Of a stretch of 32,000 nt of DNA, positions 9,775-16,911 are shown one piece after another. The notes beneath the pieces are model-generated. The model was not told the origin of the DNA. It made no database searches and saw only the letters and a program-made list of their open reading frames with translations. Source of the stretch: Acaryochloris marina S15 (lineage in GTDB: Bacteria; Cyanobacteriota; Cyanobacteriia; Thermosynechococcales; Thermosynechococcaceae); NCBI RefSeq assembly GCF_018336915.1, contig NZ_CP064923.1:3990001-4022000 (forward strand), written 5' to 3'. The stretch's first letter is position 1, and every line of letters starts with the position of its first letter. The position numbers and the translations under genes were made by a program.

Positions 9775-11214
9775 TTATCCCACACTTCCTTCTAACTTCA
9801 GGCTTAAAAGCCGATCGGCTTCTACGGCAAATTCCATCGGCAGTTGATTAAATACATCCTGACAGAAGCCGCTAATCATCATTGACACAGCATCTTCTAC
9901 GGAAATACCCCGCTGGGCAAAGTAGAAGAGCTGGTCTTCCCCAATCTTGGAAGTGGAGGCTTCATGTTCCACCTTCGTTTGGTTGTTTTGCACCTGGATA
10001 TAGGGGAAGGTATTGGCCTCAGCATCACTGCCAATCAGCATGGAATCACACTGGGAGTAATTGCGAGAACCATCGGCCTTCGGCCCCATTCGCACCAAAC
10101 CGCGATAGCTATTTTGGGAGCGGCCGGCGGAAATTCCCTTGGAGATAATCGTGCTGCGGGTGTTTTTGCCCACGTGGATCATCTTGGTGCCTGTATCAGC
10201 CTGCTGCAGATTGTTGGTCAAGGCCACGGAGTAAAACTCACCGACGGAGTTATCCCCCACCAACACACAGCTGGGATATTTCCAGGTGATGGCCGATCCG
10301 GTCTCCACCTGGGTCCAAGAAATCTTGGAGTTCTTACCGGCACAGAGCCCCCGCTTGGTCACAAAGTTATAAATCCCCCCCTTGCCATTTTCATCCCCCG
10401 CAAACCAGTTCTGGACGGTGGAATATTTAATGTCGGCATCATCCAGAGCCACCAGTTCCACCACGGCTGCGTGGAGCTGATTGGTATCGAACATGGGGGC
10501 GGTGCAGCCTTCTAAGTAGCTGACTTGACTACCCTCTTCCGCAATAATTAGGGTGCGCTCAAACTGACCTGCTCCTTCGGTATTAATCCGAAAATAAGTA
10601 GACAGTTCCATGGGGCACTTGACGCCCTTGGGAATATAGACAAACGAGCCATCACTAAACACGGCCGCATTCAGGGCCGAGAAGAAATTATCGTTAATGG
10701 GAACGACGCTGCCCAGATATTTTTCCACGAGATCGGGATAGTCATGGAGGGCCTCGGAAATGGAGCAGAAAATCACCCCTTCCTTGGCTAAGTCTTTGCG
10801 GAAGGTGGTGGCCACGGACACACTATCAAAGACCGCATCCACCGCCACATTGCTCAATCGCTTCTGCTCAGACAGAGGAATGCCTAATTTCTCAAAGGTT
10901 TCTAAAAGAACCGGATCCACCTCATCCAGACTTTGCTTTTTCTCTTCAGGCTCTTTGGGAGCCGAGTAATAGGTGATGTCCTGGTAATCAATCGCCGGAT
11001 AATGAACATGGGGCCAATCGGGTTCACTCATCTTGAGCCATTGACGATAGGCTTTCAGACGAAAATCGAGCATGAACTGTGGCTCATTTTTCTTAGCTGA
11101 GATCAGACGAACAACGTCTTCGCTGAGTCCCTTGGGGATCGTCTCAACTTCAATGTCCGTGACAAAGCCGTATTTATAAGGTTGATTAACCAGATTCTCA
11201 ACGGATGCGGTCAT
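9775..11214 (-). CDS. sufB: Fe-S cluster assembly scaffold SufB
   Basis: Highly conserved SufB sequence ([13 protein letters not shown]..., [22 protein letters not shown]). The ORF track starts at 11268; I prefer ATG 11214 ([17 protein letters not shown], 479 aa) because the 18 extra codons are not SufB-like. Confidence 0.93.
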   Translation of the reverse strand: MTASVENLVNQPYKYGFVTDIEVETIPKGLSEDVVRLISAKKNEPQFMLDFRLKAYRQWLKMSEPDWPHVHYPAIDYQDITYYSAPKEPEEKKQSLDEVDPVLLETFEKLGIPLSEQKRLSNVAVDAVFDSVSVATTFRKDLAKEGVIFCSISEALHDYPDLVEKYLGSVVPINDNFFSALNAAVFSDGSFVYIPKGVKCPMELSTYFRINTEGAGQFERTLIIAEEGSQVSYLEGCTAPMFDTNQLHAAVVELVALDDADIKYSTVQNWFAGDENGKGGIYNFVTKRGLCAGKNSKISWTQVETGSAITWKYPSCVLVGDNSVGEFYSVALTNNLQQADTGTKMIHVGKNTRSTIISKGISAGRSQNSYRGLVRMGPKADGSRNYSQCDSMLIGSDAEANTFPYIQVQNNQTKVEHEASTSKIGEDQLFYFAQRGISVEDAVSMMISGFCQDVFNQLPMEFAVEADRLLSLKLEGSVG

Positions 11215-11248
11215 GGGGTGTGTTCTCTCAGGACGGGTAGCGCGCGTG

Positions 11249-11254
11249 TATAAT
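11249..11254 (+). promoter_or_regulatory. -10-like TATAAT hexamer in the sufB/sufR divergent region (candidate sufR promoter element)
   Basis: Exact TATAAT on the + strand, immediately upstream of operator 1. No convincing -35 seen. Confidence 0.3.
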
Positions 11255-11260
11255 CGAAAA

Positions 11261-11278
11261 AACAACAACTGTGTTGTT
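11261..11278. promoter_or_regulatory. Putative SufR operator 1: AACAAC-N6-GTTGTT (core CAAC-N6-GTTG at 11263-11276)
   Basis: Perfect inverted repeat read directly from the sequence. It matches the CAAC-N6-GTTG palindrome that I recall being reported for cyanobacterial SufR binding in the sufR-sufBCDS intergenic region. Confidence 0.6.
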
Positions 11279-11302
11279 CAACTTCATCTTAGAGTACTTT
11301 AG

Positions 11303-11316
11303 CAACAAACATGTTG
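11303..11316. promoter_or_regulatory. Putative SufR operator 2: CAAC-AAACAT-GTTG
   Basis: Second exact CAAC-N6-GTTG, 40 bp from the first, in the same intergenic region. Confidence 0.6.
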
Positions 11317-11381
11317 TCAAAGTCGAGAGAAATTGTTGTAATGGGTTACACCGTGAACTGTTTCGGTTGGGGTTCTGTCAC

Positions 11382-11397
11382 CAACCTGTCAATGTTG
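11382..11397. promoter_or_regulatory. Variant CAAC-N8-GTTG element just upstream of the sufR start
   Basis: CAACCTGTCAATGTTG lies 24 nt before GTG 11421. The spacer is 8 nt rather than 6, so this is weaker. Confidence 0.2.
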
Positions 11398-11420
11398 ATT
11401 TCTGCTTGGGCATCTCAACT

Positions 11421-12068
11421 GTGAACACAGCATCTTCCACAAAACAAGATATCCTTCAGCATTTGCTCAAGCAGGGTCAGGCCAATACCCATGAGTTATC
11501 TGAGCAATTACAGGTCACGCCTCAAGCCATTCGCCGCCATCTCAAGGATCTAGAAACAGAAGGGTTGATTCTGTTTGAAAGCGTCCAATCTGGTACAGGC
11601 CGCCCTCAGCATGTCTATCAACTGAGCCGAGCGGGGCGAGATCGCTTCCCGGATCATCACGATACCTTTGCGATCGATTTACTCGATACCCTCTCTGAAA
11701 CCGTGGGTCAGGAGCAAATGCGGGTTATTCTCCGCAAGCAATGGGAACGCAAAGCCCTTGAATACCAGCAAAAATTAGGCCGGGGCACCTTGGCAGAACG
11801 GGTTGCCAAACTCGTCAAACTCCGGGAAGCAGAAGGCTTTATGGCCGAATATTATCCAATGCCCGAAGATGCCGACCCCATAACAGCAACGCGGTTTATC
11901 CTCACAGAATATAATTGTGCGATTTCTCAAGTGGCAGAGACTTTTCCCAGCGTTTGTGACAATGAGCTGGAAATGTTTGCCATTGCTCTGAAGGACTGCC
12001 AGGTCGAACGGACCCACTGGCTCGTCAATGGCGAACATCGCTGTGGATACTTGATTAAGGCAGATTAG
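11421..12068 (+). CDS. sufR: Iron-sulfur cluster biosynthesis transcriptional repressor SufR
   Basis: Winged-helix N-terminus (STKQDILQHLLKQGQANTHELSEQLQVTPQAIRRHLKDLETEGLI). C-terminal Cys motif C-X12-C-X13-C-X14-C, counted in CAISQVAETFPSVCDNELEMFAIALKDCQVERTHWLVNGEHRC. Divergent from sufBCDS. GTG 11421 (215 aa) is preferred, with TTG 11406 as an alternative. The 265-aa track ORF would read through the operators. Confidence 0.9.
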   Translation: MNTASSTKQDILQHLLKQGQANTHELSEQLQVTPQAIRRHLKDLETEGLILFESVQSGTGRPQHVYQLSRAGRDRFPDHHDTFAIDLLDTLSETVGQEQMRVILRKQWERKALEYQQKLGRGTLAERVAKLVKLREAEGFMAEYYPMPEDADPITATRFILTEYNCAISQVAETFPSVCDNELEMFAIALKDCQVERTHWLVNGEHRCGYLIKAD

Positions 12069-12211
12069 GTCAATCTTGTGGATCTTGTCCTATTTTGCTA
12101 ATCCAATACTAAAGTCCAATACAAAGAATGAAGGTCAGCGTTAGCTGGGCTGCGATAGAAACTGGCAAGCAAACACAAAACATCCCATCGCTGCTCTGAT
12201 GCACCCGATGG

Positions 12212-12655
12212 TTATCCGCCGTCTGGGGAGTAAGGTGGTGCATCGGGAATCAGGCGTTTTCCAAAGCTAAAGACAGGATCACGGGAAAATCCGATAGATT
12301 CGTAGAACGAGATTGCCTCTTCGTTATCGTCGCGAATCTGGAGACTGATCTTCGGACATCCTTTGTGAAGCAACCTGCGCTCAGCTTCTAGCATCAGCTC
12401 GCGTCCAATACCGGAACGCTGGTGATCTGGATCGACAGCGAGGTAATTTATCCAGCCCCGGTGACCATCGTAGCCAACCATCACAGAACCGATAATTGCA
12501 GAAGCATCGACAGCTACGATCAACCAATCAGGCTGACCATCCAGCTTACGTTTAATGTCGAGGATCGGGTTATTCCATGGTCGTGTCAAGCGGCACTTGT
12601 TCCAGAGGCGAATGACGTCGTGTTGGTCAGTCGGCTTGAAATTTCGAATAAGCAT
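12212..12655 (-). CDS. GNAT-family N-acetyltransferase, YpeA-like
   Basis: 147 aa. The pattern WN.C.LTRPWNNP..DI.RK ... GYDGHRGWINYLAV.P..QRSGIGREL ... GCPKI ... FGKRL closely parallels my recollection of E. coli YpeA. The Q/R-x-x-G-x-G/A acetyl-CoA motif is present. Confidence 0.8.
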   Translation of the reverse strand: MLIRNFKPTDQHDVIRLWNKCRLTRPWNNPILDIKRKLDGQPDWLIVAVDASAIIGSVMVGYDGHRGWINYLAVDPDHQRSGIGRELMLEAERRLLHKGCPKISLQIRDDNEEAISFYESIGFSRDPVFSFGKRLIPDAPPYSPDGG

Positions 12656-12779
12656 AGGTTTTGGTCAGGTGAACATTCCGGATAGTCGAGTGAGAAGAGT
12701 TGACTACGTTTACAATAAACACGTGTTTGAGCACTCTGCATTTATCCGGTTGTTATCCAGCGTTGTCTTGGAGTACCAG

Positions 12780-13655
12780 TTAGCCGCCTAATACAAACAC
12801 GCGCACAATGACCGAGCCATCGGGTGTGTACCTTTCACCTTCGAGATCGGCAATTAGTCCCGCCGGATTCTGGATCAATTGTGACGGATCATAAATGACA
12901 CACCAAAGGCGTTCACAATCGGAATGACGTCTGTAATGTTCGATGTCAATTATAAGCTCATCACCAACCCTGCCAGCATGAGCTTTGTCACGAACGCGTT
13001 TCGTTTCGATAACCAATCTATAAGCTGGCAATAGAAAGTCCATTCGAGTGCTAGAACCGCCGTAGCTGGGTGTGAATTCTTCTGGGCGAATGTCAGCAAC
13101 CCAAGGCCGCATAAGTGAATGCAGCAAGTCTTGGATGTCATACTCCGAATTGAATGTTAGTGATTGAGCGTTTATTCGGCGATGAGAGAGTGGGTACATT
13201 GCGCGTGGTAGCCCGCGAACCAAGACTTGCAGCGTTTCTTCAACCGTAGAAGATGTGTTGATTGCTGGAACTTGTGTTCCTGATGTTTCGGATGGAGGTA
13301 TTTCACCAACAGGTAAAACACGACCGCCTCGGTAGTAGCGAAAACCGTTCTCTTCAAGCACAGTAACTATTCGCTCTCGCTTCGCTCGCCAAGTATCAAG
13401 CTCCTCAGATTCTTTGGGTTGTAAATCCATGAATTCCGAGAGCAGGTTTCCAAATATTTTTAGGGCATCAACCTCTGGGTCGTTTGCCATACGAACCAGC
13501 CACGTCTTCCACTTAGCATGATGTGCGCCTTCTGGTGGATCGCCCGGCGCGCCAACGGCTTTGAATAGCGCATCCAGCGTCGCATGAGAGCCGGCGTTCT
13601 CAAATACTTCGGCAACGACAGCGCAGACGGCGGTTGAGATATGAACTGACGGCAT
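12780..13655 (-). CDS. Hypothetical protein with a C-terminal PD-(D/E)XK nuclease-like domain
   Basis: 291 aa. The C-terminal ~125 aa carry E171 (SEYDIQDLL), D206 (TRMDFLLP) and E217-x-K219 (LVIETKR), the canonical E...D...ExK order and spacing of restriction-endonuclease-fold nucleases. The N-terminal ~165 aa are unrecognised. Confidence 0.55.
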   Translation of the reverse strand: MPSVHISTAVCAVVAEVFENAGSHATLDALFKAVGAPGDPPEGAHHAKWKTWLVRMANDPEVDALKIFGNLLSEFMDLQPKESEELDTWRAKRERIVTVLEENGFRYYRGGRVLPVGEIPPSETSGTQVPAINTSSTVEETLQVLVRGLPRAMYPLSHRRINAQSLTFNSEYDIQDLLHSLMRPWVADIRPEEFTPSYGGSSTRMDFLLPAYRLVIETKRVRDKAHAGRVGDELIIDIEHYRRHSDCERLWCVIYDPSQLIQNPAGLIADLEGERYTPDGSVIVRVFVLGG

Positions 13656-13905
13656 GGATTATTCGTTTAGGTCAGATGGATAACTACTAATCATACGGAT
13701 AGCAGATGATAAATCCGGTTCTTGGAGGATTAGCTTTAGGCTTGCAGGAAATTGCTTTCTTTCTTCTCTCAGCTTATACCTGTAAGCTAAAGCATTAACC
13801 TTCTTTAACCCCGTCTACTACATCACCAAAAGTAGCCAAGAATAAATCTTGCATTTATTGCACCTAAAATTTGTTTTCACACCTACAAGTTTCCATACCT
13901 AAACA

Positions 13906-14286
13906 ATGGCAGAACTTCCCCAGTCCTTGAGTGGCCTGCTCACCCTCGAAGAAAATACCCAAATCGACCAAACGCTCCTCCCCACACGAGAGCGGTTTTC
14001 GATTCGACTGACGGTTTACTGCTGGCGATACTTGCAACAACTCAGCGAAAAACTGCAAACTCCCATTGAATCCCTACAGTCTGAACAAATCCATGAGTGG
14101 GTGTCTAAAGATACGCAGCTGCAAGACGGTCAACATGTGGATGCCGACTTTATGGATTGGTTTAGTCATCTGGTGACCTCATCCCTGAAGCCCTTGGGTG
14201 CGATCGCAAAACATTACCAAGTCTCGATCCATGAATTGGCTCTAGAAGATATCACCCAGTGGTACCAACAGTCCTATTCAACCTAG
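13906..14286 (+). CDS. Hypothetical protein (126 aa)
   Basis: Clean ORF with an ATG start and codon usage similar to its neighbours. No motif recognised. Confidence 0.45.
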   Translation: MAELPQSLSGLLTLEENTQIDQTLLPTRERFSIRLTVYCWRYLQQLSEKLQTPIESLQSEQIHEWVSKDTQLQDGQHVDADFMDWFSHLVTSSLKPLGAIAKHYQVSIHELALEDITQWYQQSYST

Positions 14287-14406
14287 ATAAACGCCACTGT
14301 CGTTGACCATTCCAAATATCACCTCAGACAAGTGATAGTCCCTAGTCGCAGATAGCTCCGCCCAGTTCACACTCGGCAGATGGGCGCAAAGCAACTGAAA
14401 ACTTGC

Positions 14407-14997
14407 TTACTGATTCGTCACGCTATCCAGTAATGTGATGGCGGCACTTTTTGCTTCAGCGGCGGCTTGGGGACGGTCTTGCATCATGGCAATCACGATG
14501 GCACCTTGGACCAGCAGCAACAACTGTCGGGCGACCGGTTCGGCAGGTTCTAGTCCCTCAGCTTCAACTAAATCAAAGATATATTGATAGACCGAGAGTT
14601 GATGGTCTAAAGCCGCTTGGCAACCGGGATGATGGGGATTGGCTAATTCAACCGTGGCATTGATAAATGCACAGCCCCGGAAATCAGGGCTTTCAAACCA
14701 TTCTTGCAAGACATCAAACACGATCAGGAGTCGCTGCTTGGGGTCAGCACTTCGTTCTTCAACGCGAGTAACAAACCTGTCTCGCCACTGCTGATCTCGC
14801 TGACGCAAAAACGCTTCGATTAAGGCATCTTTGGACTTGAAATGGTTATAGAGAGACATCTTTGCCACTCCGGACTCAGCAATAATCCGGTCGATGCCAA
14901 CATTTTGAATGCCCTCACGGTAAAACAGTTCGCAGGCCGTCTCTAGAATACGGTCACGAACAGGTTTCCGAGGGGGCTTGGTAGTGGGCATAGACAA
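14407..14997 (-). CDS. TetR/AcrR-family transcriptional regulator
   Basis: 196 aa. N-terminal TetR HTH (RILETACELFYREGIQNVGIDRIIAESGVAKMSLYNHFKSKDAL). Confidence 0.9.
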   Translation of the reverse strand: MSMPTTKPPRKPVRDRILETACELFYREGIQNVGIDRIIAESGVAKMSLYNHFKSKDALIEAFLRQRDQQWRDRFVTRVEERSADPKQRLLIVFDVLQEWFESPDFRGCAFINATVELANPHHPGCQAALDHQLSVYQYIFDLVEAEGLEPAEPVARQLLLLVQGAIVIAMMQDRPQAAAEAKSAAITLLDSVTNQ

Positions 14998-15171
14998 AGA
15001 AGAAGGGGTAATCGGCTTCAGCTTATCATCTGGTTAAGAGCCAGACGTTTAACTATCCCTATTGGTGGGTAATCATTTTCCGGTTTTTTCCGCCAGGTAG
15101 AGGTGGATCATGGTCGACACCTCGCGAGGTGATCCATGGAGACGGATCGAGTGGCATCGCGGTTCAGGCTA

Positions 15172-16137
15172 CTAGACGGTCTTTGGCCAGCTTCCTGTTT
15201 TTTGCAGAAAGGGAGAATACTCTTGAAAGTCAGCCTGAAAGGGTAAGGCAGATTTCAGTAAAAAGCCAGCTTCCAGTTTAATTTGAATCAGTCGCTCTGC
15301 GCCTGCAAAAGACTGCAGATCGTCACCATCCCAAATCACGTCGGCCTTGCCAGTCAAGGTCAGTAAATCTCTCGTTTGAAAGTTGGGAAATAGGAGTCCG
15401 ACCCGTGGATCGAGAATTAGGTTACCGATAGTATTGAAGGCTAAATTGCCCGCAAAGTCTGGGAAAGTCAGGGTCTTGGCATCATCTACCCGGATAAACC
15501 CAGGCTTACCGCCTCGATGGGAGACATCAACGCCATGGGCCAGGTTAGACGTGCTGTCAGCATAGCGCGTGGCAATAAAGAAGGTATCAGCCGATTCAAC
15601 GAAAGCTTGAAGATCTGAATCCAAGGCGTCAACGGCAGTTAATGCAGCTGGGTTCGCTTGTTCAGGTATAAACTGCACGTCGCGGGTCTGGATGTATTGG
15701 GGACAGTTACCAAAGGTTTGTTTCACCTCCACCACAAATCCTGCCGGGGTGATCTGTTGAATCACCCCATTCATCCGATTGCGTCGTCGGGTGGGTAGTT
15801 CTATCCCTAATAACCCCACATCAGCGCCGATGTTTAGGTTTTGTTGAAGTGGATCTCCCGCGATGGGTTGAGCTTGAATGCTCAGGGTTTGCGGATCTGG
15901 GGAGGAGATAAAACCGGGTTGTCCAGCCACAATCGAAGCCCAAGGACGCCCCACCTGATCAACGCTACCCACAAGCAGGAAGGGGAGCTGCGGATAAAAG
16001 GTTCGATGCTGTTCTGGTAGGAAGTCGCGGATGATCCGGCGTCCTTGTTTTTCCATGCGATCGCGAATCCCATACCGTTCTTGAACCGCCTGTTCTCCCG
16101 CATGAAAGGGAGATGTTTCTCTTGTCCAACCTGACAT
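15172..16137 (-). CDS. Pyridoxamine 5'-phosphate oxidase-family (FMN-binding split-barrel) protein
   Basis: 321 aa. The N-terminus SPFHAGEQAVQERYGIRDRMEKQGRRIIRDFLPEQHRTFYPQLPFLLVGSVD is typical of the two-domain PNPOx-like family. A second barrel has SHRGGKPGFIRV. Confidence 0.7.
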   Translation of the reverse strand: MSGWTRETSPFHAGEQAVQERYGIRDRMEKQGRRIIRDFLPEQHRTFYPQLPFLLVGSVDQVGRPWASIVAGQPGFISSPDPQTLSIQAQPIAGDPLQQNLNIGADVGLLGIELPTRRRNRMNGVIQQITPAGFVVEVKQTFGNCPQYIQTRDVQFIPEQANPAALTAVDALDSDLQAFVESADTFFIATRYADSTSNLAHGVDVSHRGGKPGFIRVDDAKTLTFPDFAGNLAFNTIGNLILDPRVGLLFPNFQTRDLLTLTGKADVIWDGDDLQSFAGAERLIQIKLEAGFLLKSALPFQADFQEYSPFLQKTGSWPKTV

Positions 16138-16171
16138 AGGAATGACCTCTTCAATTCACTCTAAAAATCCA

Positions 16172-16579
16172 TTAACCCGCCGCAATCAATTCCATCCGAA
16201 TGCCGCCGGGGATGTAGCACATCATATGGTGCAGGGGCGAACCGCCTAGGGACTCGGGGGCAAACTCAATTTCAACGCCAGGGGTTTGAGTCAGAGTTTG
16301 ATGCAATTCCTTTAACTCGGTCAGGCTTTCCATCTTGAGGGCAAAGTGATGTAAGCCAATCACATTTTTGCGATCAAAAGGGGTGGCTTGTTCTGGATTC
16401 ACGGCTTGCCACAGAGTAATCATAATCGTGCCATCGGAAACAAATACAGCAGGGTAATCCGGTTTTTCACCGACTTGCTTGAATCCAAGAGTGTCAATAA
16501 AGAATGCCCGAGTCTGTTGGAGGTCGGGAACTGTTAATCCAATATGATGAGCGCCTTGAGTGACTGCGGAGTTAGTCAT
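16172..16579 (-). CDS. VOC-family (glyoxalase/bleomycin-resistance/dioxygenase fold) protein
   Basis: 135 aa. HHIGLTVPDL...FF.D.LGF start and a second HHFALKM half-site are typical of VOC paired beta-alpha-beta-beta-beta modules. Confidence 0.75.
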   Translation of the reverse strand: MTNSAVTQGAHHIGLTVPDLQQTRAFFIDTLGFKQVGEKPDYPAVFVSDGTIMITLWQAVNPEQATPFDRKNVIGLHHFALKMESLTELKELHQTLTQTPGVEIEFAPESLGGSPLHHMMCYIPGGIRMELIAAG

Positions 16580-16650
16580 GGTGGATTCCTTAATAGTAAT
16601 TAGAGGTATGTGTTTAGAAGATGGAAACTAATTTTTTTAGTTATCTTAAC

Positions 16651-16670
16651 TATACAGACAGGTCTGTATA
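16651..16670. promoter_or_regulatory. Candidate TetR operator: TATACAGAC-AG-GTCTGTATA
   Basis: 9-bp perfect inverted arms with a 2-nt centre, ~72 nt upstream of the VOC start codon. VOC is the first gene of the co-directional VOC-PNPOx-TetR cluster. Confidence 0.4.
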
Positions 16671-16911
16671 TTATCAACTCAATCAATAAGATTTTTATGG
16701 TAAATTCTTTGCTAGGGCGTTTTAGCAAATATTAAAGGCTAGAAAAGAAAGGCCGTTTTTCTATAGATATCTGGAGAACGAACCAGTTGTTGCCAAGGAG
16801 TTTAACAGTACATTTCCTGCACTATCGATTCGGTTGCCCGTTATCAAAAACTGCTAAACATCAGTATTCGGTGAAAATCATTCAACAAGGTGGGGCATAG
16901 GAATACTGACC

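Noticed and set aside
9964-10515. 183-aa ORF antisense to sufB, and similar shadow ORFs in sufD (8140-8550), sufC (9148-9453), prfA (30141-30704), the ligase gene (25660-26004) and others
   Set aside because: Each lies wholly inside a strongly conserved gene on the opposite strand, has no recognisable motif, and has Gly/Arg/Pro-rich composition typical of antisense frames.
11271-11420. 50-codon N-terminal extension of sufR from the GTG at 11271 (the 265-aa track ORF)
   Set aside because: The extension is not SufR-like and would be translated through both operator palindromes. Homologues begin a few residues before the STKQ(D/E)IL helix.
12212-12655. GNAT gene as the toxin of a GNAT/RHH type II TA system
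   Set aside because: The sequence follows the YpeA-like housekeeping acetyltransferase pattern. There is no small RHH or DUF1778 antitoxin ORF immediately upstream, and the upstream neighbour is a 291-aa nuclease-like protein.
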